This document shows positions 28,235 to 35,743 of a DNA stretch of 55,535 nt, piece by piece. The stretch is from IMG/VR virus record IMGVR_UViG_3300009110_000302, positions 62,001 through 117,535 of that record; one strand, written 5' to 3'. The position numbers and the translations under genes are program-made. The notes under the pieces were generated by a model. The model saw only the letters and a program-made list of their open reading frames with translations, was not told the origin of the DNA and did no database searches. This stretch comes from an uncultured virus (IMG/VR IMGVR_UViG_3300009110_000302). Taxonomy: Duplodnaviria; Heunggongvirae; Uroviricota; Caudoviricetes. Each line of letters begins with the position of its first letter. Position 1 is the first letter of the stretch.

Positions 28235-28430
28235 AGTTAATTTCTTTCACTCGAATGCTGCCGAGTCGGGCAACATCAGGAAACATCTTTGCGGCTACTC
28301 TGTGAGCGTGTGCCATATCAAATGCTTGAATAGTTTCTGTTTGCTCGCAAGCGGGACGGCTAGGGTCAACTTGCGTTACTAGGGTTAGTTGGAATAGTTT
28401 GTCTTTTATCATGTCTGTTTCAATCATCAT
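28230..28430 (-). CDS. Small hypothetical protein
   Basis: MMIETDMIKDKLF...IQAFDMAHAHRVA...; stop lies inside the next class C palindrome. Confidence 0.55.
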   Translation of the reverse strand: MMIETDMIKDKLFQLTLVTQVDPSRPACEQTETIQAFDMAHAHRVAAKMFPDVARLGSIRVKEINW

Positions 28431-28473
28431 GCGTATAGTATAGCACATGAGGTGGGACATCCGTAGTCCTACC
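28428..28473 (-). promoter_or_regulatory. Class C element (minus strand)
   Basis: GGTAGGACTACGGATGTCCCACC tcatgTGc TATACT atacgc ATG. Confidence 0.75.
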
Positions 28474-28502
28474 AAAAAGAAAGTTAGATTTTTTTTACTT
28501 GA

Positions 28503-28543
28503 GCACTTGGCACGAATCGTGCCGCACGATCTATGCCAAGTGC
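28503..28543 (+). repeat. 39-bp dyad element copy 8
   Basis: CACTTGGCACGAATCGTGC-C-GCACGATCTATGCCAAGTG; TGTGAATAA at 28547-28555. Confidence 0.85.
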
Positions 28544-28632
28544 AATTGTGAATAACTTTATGCAGAAACACCCTTGACAAAGGGCGATTTATGTGGTATA
28601 CTATATGTATTGAGAGTGAGAGATTAAAGATT

Positions 28633-28803
28633 ATGAAAACAGAAAGTATATTCACAGTAACCTTCACCGATGGTGGAGAGGTATTCATTAAAGCAATGGA
28701 CGAGGCTCACGCCCGCCGTATCATAGCGAACAACGGCCTTTGGCGTAGGAATACAGAGGATGAGCCATTCGAGCGTACCATAAAAAAAGTTGAGAAAAAT
28801 TAA
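28633..28803 (+). CDS. Small hypothetical protein
   Basis: Class B promoter 28574-28602. Confidence 0.55.
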   Translation: MKTESIFTVTFTDGGEVFIKAMDEAHARRIIANNGLWRRNTEDEPFERTIKKVEKN

Positions 28804-28804
28804 T

Positions 28805-28850
28805 GGTGGGACAGCGGATGTCTCACCCCCTGTGCTATACTATACGTATG
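28805..28850 (+). promoter_or_regulatory. Class C element
   Basis: GGTGGGACAGCGGATGTCTCACC ccctgTGc TATACT atacgt ATG. Confidence 0.7.
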
Positions 28851-29192
28851 AAAATGATTATGAAAGAACAAACAAACAAAGCAAACAACCTCATCCTCGG
28901 TGCGGTTTACATCAACGCAAACACGGGCGCACCTTGCCGCCTCGTTAACATCGTATCCTGCCAAGGTGTTTGGCTAGAGACTTATGATGGTCAAGGCTAT
29001 GGTGATCTAGTTAAGTTTAAGGATTGCCATTATGCTGACATCGATGAGGTGAATGATTATCTTGAAGATCACCGTGTTTACAACGCGAGCAAGAAAGCTC
29101 CTACTCATAAGCCTGTTAACTATGACACGTATTGGAACGTGCAAGGTTATTACGAAGATAGCTATGGCAACGACATTCGTTGCAGAGACTAA
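28848..29192 (+). CDS. Hypothetical protein
   Basis: Starts MKMIMKE at the class C ATG. Confidence 0.6.
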   Translation: MKMIMKEQTNKANNLILGAVYINANTGAPCRLVNIVSCQGVWLETYDGQGYGDLVKFKDCHYADIDEVNDYLEDHRVYNASKKAPTHKPVNYDTYWNVQGYYEDSYGNDIRCRD

Positions 29193-29413
29193 CCTTATTA
29201 CATTAACTAAACCTTTTTATATTATGAAGAAAAACAAACTACCCTACATCGGAAAAATCCAAGACCTCAACGATGAATTCAACAACGCATTCCGTGATGA
29301 AGTGTTTATGCCTATGGTCACATTCGCGGGAACGCTTATCCTGTTTACCATACTACTTGACTATTCGTTCCAACTCGTGGAAGCACTCGACATCATCCTA
29401 GCCAATTAAGATT

Positions 29414-29725
29414 ATGAGAATTATAGAATTAGAAGAAGCAAGAGAGATTGCAAAGAGTAGTGAAGCAACTCATGTTCGGTTCACTTACGCGAACCATTCT
29501 TATCACGAGTACCCCATCGAAAAGCTAGGGGAAGCAATCGAGTCACACAAGTGGAGTCGTTTGGGTTTGCATTACGGAGTGAAGTTAAACGACGAGTGCG
29601 AGATTAAAAACGAGGGTATGGCTACTGGTTGGCGTATCGATGACTTCATTCAAATTGGTGAGGTTGACTATTCTTGGAACAACGAGCAAACGGGTTCACC
29701 CGCGTGGGAATACCACAGACGTTAA
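29414..29725 (+). CDS. Hypothetical protein
   Basis: 103-aa ORF, last of the accessory run. Confidence 0.55.
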   Translation: MRIIELEEAREIAKSSEATHVRFTYANHSYHEYPIEKLGEAIESHKWSRLGLHYGVKLNDECEIKNEGMATGWRIDDFIQIGEVDYSWNNEQTGSPAWEYHRR

Positions 29726-29898
29726 AGTTGTTATTGAATTAATGAAAAATTATAGCACTCGCGGCCTGAGATATGGTCGGCGGGGGGTAATTTCAATCTT
29801 TCCGGCCGTTTCAAATCTTTGCATATATAGGAAGGTCAAAAAATCCCGAACAGCTATATTAATTTAGGTCTTTCTCTATATAGAAACTATAATTATCG

Positions 29899-30621
29899 AT
29901 GCTTGTGCGAGAAAAAGATATAGATAAGGTTTTATTAGTTAATTTAGATAGCTCTACAAAAAGATATGCAGAATTTTCAGGTATAGAAGGCATAGAAAGG
30001 TTTCCCGCTATAGACTCTAGGGAAAATTGGTTTGTATATAAGGACTACGATTTAAAACTAAAGCCTTTTTGGAATTGGGAAACATATTTCGCCCAAGGCA
30101 AGGGCGCGGTTGGTTGTTATTTGAGTCATTATTTAATTTGGCAAAAAATAATAAAAGAAGACATAGATTTATGCTTGGTGCTTGAAGACGATGCTAATGC
30201 TGAAGATGTAAAAAACTTTTTAACTACAACTCAAAAAAAATACTACGCCCACTCTAATAGCATAATCAATTTAAATAAGCGTAAACAGTTCAGAAATTAC
30301 ATGGTGGGGACAGAGTCATACCTTCTTGATAAAAAAGGCGCACAGAGCCTTGTGGAGGCAGTAAACGGTATAATTGAAGAACCTGTAGATAGATTTATGG
30401 GAAGGGCACATTATAGAAAAAGAATAATAAAATTAATTTATGATCCATGTATAAATTTAAATTATGAAGTAGGAGGGTCTTGGGAGAGTAGTGAGGTCAT
30501 GACAGACTACGCACCTTGGTCATTAAAAGACGAACAAGGGTGGACGCTGTCTTTAAAAGAGCAACATAAAATAATTAAAACCGAACATGGAGAAAAATGG
30601 TGGTGGGAAAAAGATGATTGA
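29899..30621 (+). CDS. Glycosyltransferase family 25
   Basis: VNLDSSTKR, RFPAID, GAVGCYLSHYLIWQKI, LVLEDDA, GTESYLL. Confidence 0.9.
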   Translation: MLVREKDIDKVLLVNLDSSTKRYAEFSGIEGIERFPAIDSRENWFVYKDYDLKLKPFWNWETYFAQGKGAVGCYLSHYLIWQKIIKEDIDLCLVLEDDANAEDVKNFLTTTQKKYYAHSNSIINLNKRKQFRNYMVGTESYLLDKKGAQSLVEAVNGIIEEPVDRFMGRAHYRKRIIKLIYDPCINLNYEVGGSWESSEVMTDYAPWSLKDEQGWTLSLKEQHKIIKTEHGEKWWWEKDD

Positions 30622-31255
30622 TCATAAAAACAGATATATATACGTAAGGACACCGAAAGCTGCCTCTACAAGCATTCTCGGAGCGTTATTCCAACAACAA
30701 ACGACCCATTTCTTCACTAACGTCAATAAAGAGTTCCGAAGAAGGCTAATAAATGTCGAAACCTATTGGGAGGGTGATCGAAACCATTATCCTTTAAGCG
30801 TCATGAAGAAAATAGTCCATCCTCAAATTATAAAAAATTATTTTAAATTTTCATTCGTTCGTAACCCGTGGGCTAGAGTTTTTTCTGCTTATAATTATGA
30901 AAAAGCGTGGCATGATGCGAATGGTCACGAATTAGTTCATCACATAAAGGGTGATTTCAATGAATATGTTGAAAATTACGATAATTGGTACAAAACACAT
31001 AAAACTACCTATTTTGAGTACACTGAAGGTTGTGACTTCATTGGCAAAATGGAAAATTTACAAAATGATTTTGATGAAATGTGCTCTTTAGGTAATTTGA
31101 AGACAAAAACGCTGAAACATCTTAATGTCACAGATAAAAAGATAGAAGCTAAAGGTAATTTTTTTAAATATAGAGATCACTATACCTCTAAGACTAAAGA
31201 TATAATTTATAAAAAATTTAAAAAAGATATAGAATTCTTCGAATATGAATATTAG
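30614..31255 (+). CDS. Sulfotransferase family 2 (carbohydrate sulfotransferase-like)
   Basis: 5'-PSB TPKAASTSI; 3'-PB FSFVRNPWARVFSAY; DFIGKMENLQNDF. Confidence 0.85.
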   Translation: MIDHKNRYIYVRTPKAASTSILGALFQQQTTHFFTNVNKEFRRRLINVETYWEGDRNHYPLSVMKKIVHPQIIKNYFKFSFVRNPWARVFSAYNYEKAWHDANGHELVHHIKGDFNEYVENYDNWYKTHKTTYFEYTEGCDFIGKMENLQNDFDEMCSLGNLKTKTLKHLNVTDKKIEAKGNFFKYRDHYTSKTKDIIYKKFKKDIEFFEYEY

Positions 31256-31823
31256 TAAGATCTTTGAGATTGGCGTGATGAAAACGGGCACGACAAGCCT
31301 TGGGGCAGCTTTTAGACAGTTAGGCTACAAGGACATGAAGTGGCATCCTGTAGCTTATAATAAATTTATTGAATCGCGGCATACTGATTATAAATCTCTA
31401 TTTGATATTATTGATCAATACGAAGCATTTCAAGATGGGCCGTGGCATGATTGTGATTTTAGAAAACTAGATGAGCATTACCCTAATAGTAAGTTCATTA
31501 TATTAGAAAGAGATGATGAAAGTTGGATTCGCAGTATGGAGTTACATAACTCACCAATCTATAATATAAATAAAATTCCTGATGAATATCTTCATGATGA
31601 ATGGGTGCATGACAGATCTAATACTATTGATAGAAAATTGAAATGGAAAAAAGAAAAATACAATAGAATAAAAAACTATTTTAAAGATAGGCCTAATGAT
31701 CTATTAATTATGAATATTTGTGGCGGCGAAGGTTGGGAAAAGATTTGTCCCTTTTTGAATAAAGAAAAGCCTTCGTGGCCTTTCCCGATAAGGAACGTTT
31801 CTCCTACTCAAGAAAAAAATTAG
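31245..31823 (+). CDS. Sulfotransferase-like protein (P-loop type)
   Basis: IGVMKTGTTSLGAAFRQLGY, YPNSKFIILER..ESWIRS, GWEKICPFL. Confidence 0.8.
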   Translation: MNISKIFEIGVMKTGTTSLGAAFRQLGYKDMKWHPVAYNKFIESRHTDYKSLFDIIDQYEAFQDGPWHDCDFRKLDEHYPNSKFIILERDDESWIRSMELHNSPIYNINKIPDEYLHDEWVHDRSNTIDRKLKWKKEKYNRIKNYFKDRPNDLLIMNICGGEGWEKICPFLNKEKPSWPFPIRNVSPTQEKN

Positions 31824-31886
31824 ATATTCTATTTCAATATGAATGGGGCTTTCTGATAGATTGTCAAAAATAGTGTAACTATTATT

Positions 31887-32678
31887 ATGCCAGAAAAGAA
31901 AACTTCTTCTTCAGGGCCGAACAAACTTAAAATTCGTGGAGCAACGGAACTTGCAGAACAACTTACTGAAACAAATGAAAATCATGTGAAACAACATCAA
32001 GCAGCGAACCCGATAAAAACAAACATCAAGTTAAGACAATTCCCTTGGACAGAAAAACAAAAAGAATTTTTTAAAATTGCCCTGCACCCTTCTACTAATA
32101 TAATCATCGTTAAAGGACCGGCAGGTACTTCTAAAACATTATTAGCTACTTATTGTGCTCTTCAGTTATTAAACATGAAGGTAATAGATAATATCATGTA
32201 CCTAAGGTCTGCTGTCGAGTCGTCTGACAAAAGTTTAGGTTTTCTGCCGGGTACGGCTGAAGAAAAATTAAGATTTTTTAATTTACCTTTTTTAGATAAA
32301 TTAGATGAACTTTTAGCTTCTATTAAAGCGGAAAAATTGGAAACCGAGAATCGCGTTTCCATGTTTCCTGTTGCATTTGCTAGAGGAATGAATTGGACAG
32401 ACAAATGCGTTATCCTAGATGAAGCACAGAATTCGACAATAAAAGAAATAACTACGGTTTTGACCCGATTAGGGAAAAACAGTAGATGCTTCATTTTAGC
32501 AGATCCAGCCCAAACGGACCTTCATGAGAATAAACAAGGAGGGATAGAGAAAATTAACGAAAAATTTTCTGACGAAGAAAGCCTACAAATGGGAATTTAT
32601 ACGTTTGAATTTACCGAAGAAGATATAATGAGGTCAGAATTAGTAAAATTTATTGTGTCAAAACTTAATCAACTGTAA
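31887..32678 (+). CDS. phoH: PhoH family ATPase
   Basis: GPAGTSKT, LGFLPG, FARGMNW, ILDEAQN, LTRLG, DPAQTD, EDIMRS. Confidence 0.9.
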   Translation: MPEKKTSSSGPNKLKIRGATELAEQLTETNENHVKQHQAANPIKTNIKLRQFPWTEKQKEFFKIALHPSTNIIIVKGPAGTSKTLLATYCALQLLNMKVIDNIMYLRSAVESSDKSLGFLPGTAEEKLRFFNLPFLDKLDELLASIKAEKLETENRVSMFPVAFARGMNWTDKCVILDEAQNSTIKEITTVLTRLGKNSRCFILADPAQTDLHENKQGGIEKINEKFSDEESLQMGIYTFEFTEEDIMRSELVKFIVSKLNQL

Positions 32679-32699
32679 TATAATATAGGAGTAAATCAT

Positions 32700-33521
32700 A
32701 TGCCTAAGAAAAAAACAAAAAACGATGCCGAAGAAGTATCTAACAAAGAAGAACCAATCCCTGTCGAGCTCGTAGAAGAGAGCGAAACAGACAAGCAAGT
32801 AAAACTTCAAAGCATCATCCAGTCTCAAGCGGAAGTTAAAAAAGTTGAAGCAGAGACGAGAAGGTCAGAAGCTGAAGCCTTAAAGGCTGAGGTGGAAGCT
32901 AAAAAAGTTTTTTACGCTTACGAAAAAGAACTACAGTCTGACGAAGAAAACTGCCTTTATCGCTTTTCGAGAGATGTCAACGAAAGCTCTGTATCTGGGT
33001 GTATGAAGAAGCTTACACAGTGGCACCGTAAAGCCCCAGAATGCCCCATAGAGGTCGTTTTCTCTTCTCCGGGGGGTAGTATCATAGATGGATTCGAATT
33101 ATTCGATTTCCTGCAAGATTTGAGGAATAAGGGGCACCACATTACGACAGGCTCATTAGGGATGGCTGCTTCGATGGCTGGCATTCTTTTACAAGCTGGA
33201 GACAAGAGGTGGATTGGTCACCAATCATGGATGATGATTCATAGGGCCGCTTTTGGAGCGATTGGCAAAACTTACGAAATCGAAGACGAAGTTATGCTTG
33301 TAAAAAGGATAGAAGACAGAATCCTAGACATATTTACTTCTAGGTCTAAATTATCTCAAGCTCAATTGAGAAAAAATTGGGATAGAAAAGACTGGTGGAT
33401 TGACGCAGACGAATGTAAGAAATTAGGGCTAGTTGATGAAATTAGAGCAATGATGCCTGAGCACCTTAATGCTCCTAAAAGGAAGAGGAAGCCTAGGAAA
33501 AAGAGCATTAGAAAGAAATAA
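32700..33521 (+). CDS. ClpP-like serine protease with N-terminal coiled extension
   Basis: SPGGS, GMAASMAGILLQAG (Ser), MMIHR (His), DWWIDADE..KLGLVDEI. Confidence 0.85.
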   Translation: MPKKKTKNDAEEVSNKEEPIPVELVEESETDKQVKLQSIIQSQAEVKKVEAETRRSEAEALKAEVEAKKVFYAYEKELQSDEENCLYRFSRDVNESSVSGCMKKLTQWHRKAPECPIEVVFSSPGGSIIDGFELFDFLQDLRNKGHHITTGSLGMAASMAGILLQAGDKRWIGHQSWMMIHRAAFGAIGKTYEIEDEVMLVKRIEDRILDIFTSRSKLSQAQLRKNWDRKDWWIDADECKKLGLVDEIRAMMPEHLNAPKRKRKPRKKSIRKK

Positions 33522-33553
33522 GGGTCTTAATAGAGTGTAAAGAGAAAATAGCT

Positions 33554-33706
33554 ATGAAAAAATTAATTGTATTTTGTGCGGCACTTTTTGTAATCGGCTG
33601 CAACTGGGGAAATTCCGGATGTCCGGACTGTTCCTGCGAAGCGGGCTGTTGTTCATCCGACAGTTGCTCAGTTGCCGATTGCAATTGTGCGTGCGAGAAA
33701 GAGTAA
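33554..33706 (+). CDS. Cys-rich mini-lipoprotein, metallothionein-like (not in ORF track)
   Basis: MKKLIVFCAALFVIGCNWGNSGCPDCSCEAGCCSSDSCSVADCNCACEKE*; GTGTAA motif upstream. Confidence 0.65.
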   Translation: MKKLIVFCAALFVIGCNWGNSGCPDCSCEAGCCSSDSCSVADCNCACEKE

Positions 33707-33712
33707 AAGTTT

Positions 33713-33928
33713 ATGGGAACTTGGAGTTCACGCATAGGCAAATTCAAAAAGAAAGACCCTAACCACGGATGGCTTTGGAAAAAAATTCAAGGTCAATTCC
33801 GTAAGGTTCGACACTGGTGCTGTAAGGCCGCTTTATGTAACTTCGACACATGTAAATGTGACTGCCACGAAAGAGATATACCTAACGACTGTAAGAATCC
33901 AAAATGCGGTTGTAAGAAAAAGCGATAA
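33713..33928 (+). CDS. Small basic Cys-rich protein
   Basis: WCCKAALCNFDTCKCDCHE...CKNPKCGC. Confidence 0.5.
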   Translation: MGTWSSRIGKFKKKDPNHGWLWKKIQGQFRKVRHWCCKAALCNFDTCKCDCHERDIPNDCKNPKCGCKKKR

Positions 33929-33939
33929 AAAAGCGTTGG

Positions 33940-34131
33940 TTAAAGCTTAGGTAGGTGGGCTAAATCTTTGTGTATTTCTTGACCTAGCTTGTTAATGGCT
34001 ACTGCTCTTTCCCAGAGATCATCCTTCGAGAACTTCTCTTGGTCTTTTATTATGATTAAAGATAGCTCTCCTATTTCTTCAAGCTTTTCTTGTATATGCT
34101 CAATCTTACTTTTTGGTAACAAATAATCCAT
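33940..34131 (-). CDS. Hypothetical protein
   Basis: Preceded by GTGTAA on the minus strand (34140-34145). Confidence 0.55.
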   Translation of the reverse strand: MDYLLPKSKIEHIQEKLEEIGELSLIIIKDQEKFSKDDLWERAVAINKLGQEIHKDLAHLPKL

Positions 34132-34148
34132 ATTCTGGATTACACCTC

Positions 34149-34496
34149 TTACTTACCTCTATATTGAGCTTTACGGCTTCTTTCAGTTTTCCTCCACCCA
34201 CATTCATGATATAAAAATCTACTTATAGTATTAGCAAATTTATATATTTCTTTTTCTGGCTTGTCCCAAAAGAAAGCATGAGCAAATTCATGGATGCACG
34301 TATTAAGTTCTGTTTGCTTGGTATTGTAAGGATTTATACAGATTTTAGGATGTTTCTCGGTAGGATCTTCGCAAATCCCATCACATTTTTCCCCATAAAG
34401 CCTTTTATCTGGTTTTCTAAAAACAACCTCGTATTCCACCCCTTTACAGTTCCTAAACACGAAATTGCCATTTCTCGCCTTAGTCCGTCTGCGCAT
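34149..34496 (-). CDS. HEXXH metallopeptidase-like protein
   Basis: DGIC...ICIN...NTCIHEFAHA...E. Confidence 0.6.
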   Translation of the reverse strand: MRRRTKARNGNFVFRNCKGVEYEVVFRKPDKRLYGEKCDGICEDPTEKHPKICINPYNTKQTELNTCIHEFAHAFFWDKPEKEIYKFANTISRFLYHECGWRKTERSRKAQYRGK

Positions 34497-34572
34497 ATCT
34501 AAATTTACACTCTATAAGAATACCGTCTAATTTATATTAGATTTTAAATTTTTTTTTAATATTATAAGATAA

Positions 34573-34956
34573 ATGAAGACTTATTGTACAAATTGTGGTT
34601 GTAAGGTAGAGCACCTAGCTCAACAAAAACCCAACTTTTGCCCAAAGTGTGGATACTCTTTTACTGGGGTATCATCCTCTCAACAAAATGCTCAAATTAA
34701 TGAAGAAAATGAAGAGGATGAAGAGGCTTTAGGTTTAAATGTCGATAGCGATTTCGAGCTAGAATTCGAATTAGACGAAAAACCAAAACGCTCTAATAAA
34801 CTGTCCGATCTAATGGGAACATCTGGAGGAGCCCCCAACGATAGCGAGCAAAAGAAAAGGGGAAGAGGCAGGCCTAAAAAAATAAATAAGGAAAAAGTCT
34901 GGGAAGACTTCAAAAAGGAAGCAGGTGGAAATCCTCATAAAGAAGCGAACGAATAA
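34573..34956 (+). CDS. Zinc-ribbon protein
   Basis: YCTNCG...PNFCPKCG; RGRGRPKK AT-hook-like. Confidence 0.65.
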   Translation: MKTYCTNCGCKVEHLAQQKPNFCPKCGYSFTGVSSSQQNAQINEENEEDEEALGLNVDSDFELEFELDEKPKRSNKLSDLMGTSGGAPNDSEQKKRGRGRPKKINKEKVWEDFKKEAGGNPHKEANE

Positions 34957-34958
34957 AT

Positions 34959-35741
34959 ATGCCTCGCAAGAATGCAAAAGTTCAAAAAAATCCACCAAAA
35001 AAAAGAGCAGCTAATAAAAAGATAGCGAAAAAAAAACGCGTGTCTACTCCAAAAAAGCGCGTAAAGAAGTTGAAGTTCGAAGACTGCATCCAAGAAATCG
35101 ATGTAGAGATTTGCAAGAGAAAAAATAAATGGAATTTAACCGCCTTAGCTTGGATGGATTTTGATGACGTATCCCAAATTTTAAGAATCCATATATTTAA
35201 AAAATGGCACCTGTTTGACCAAACAAAAAAACTAGTCCCTTGGATTAATAGAATAATATCCAACCAAATAAAAAACTTAATAAGAAATCATTATGGTAAC
35301 TACGTAAGGCCTTGCGTCAAATGCGCTGCGGCAGAAGGAGAAGATTTATGCGTCATATATGGTAAACAGTGCGCTGATTGTCCCTTGTTTAAAAATTGGT
35401 ATAAAAACAAAAAAAGCGCATATGATACTAAACTACCCATAGCTTTAGAAAACCACTCTCAAGAAGTGTTTTCTGTACAGAACCAAGACTCTTTAGATAT
35501 GGACGTAGCGTCTCAAAAGCTACATGACAGAATGCAAAAAATGTTGAAAGTTAATGAATGGTTAGTTTATAAATATTTATATATAGACCACATGTCAGAA
35601 GAACAAGCAGCCAAAAAAATGGGATATAAAACTACGGAAAAAAATAGAAGCCCCGGCTACAAACAAATAAAAAATTTAAAAAAATCTATAATAGCTAAAG
35701 TTAAAAAATGCTTATTGAATGACGAAATAGATATATTTTAA
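34959..35741 (+). CDS. Divergent sigma70/ECF-like factor with Cys-rich insert (candidate late sigma)
   Basis: Region 2-like DFDDVSQILRIHIFKKWHLFD...PWINRIISNQIKNLIR; CVKC...C...CADC; region 4-like MSEEQAAKKMGY. Confidence 0.6.
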   Translation: MPRKNAKVQKNPPKKRAANKKIAKKKRVSTPKKRVKKLKFEDCIQEIDVEICKRKNKWNLTALAWMDFDDVSQILRIHIFKKWHLFDQTKKLVPWINRIISNQIKNLIRNHYGNYVRPCVKCAAAEGEDLCVIYGKQCADCPLFKNWYKNKKSAYDTKLPIALENHSQEVFSVQNQDSLDMDVASQKLHDRMQKMLKVNEWLVYKYLYIDHMSEEQAAKKMGYKTTEKNRSPGYKQIKNLKKSIIAKVKKCLLNDEIDIF

Positions 35742-35743
35742 TT

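Noticed and set aside
18957..28543. CRISPR array or integron attC interpretation of the dyad repeats
   Set aside because: Spacing is 0.7-1.8 kb with whole genes between copies, orientation is mixed, there is no GTTRRRY/RYYYAAC core, and no cas or intI gene is in the window.
29726..29898. Genome terminus or packaging site at the accessory/late boundary
   Set aside because: Only a GC-rich patch and an apparent composition change; no terminal repeat is visible and read data would be needed.
33508..33762. Track ORFs 33508-33747(-) and 33574-33762(+)
   Set aside because: Alternative frames over the better-supported lipoprotein ORF 33554-33706.
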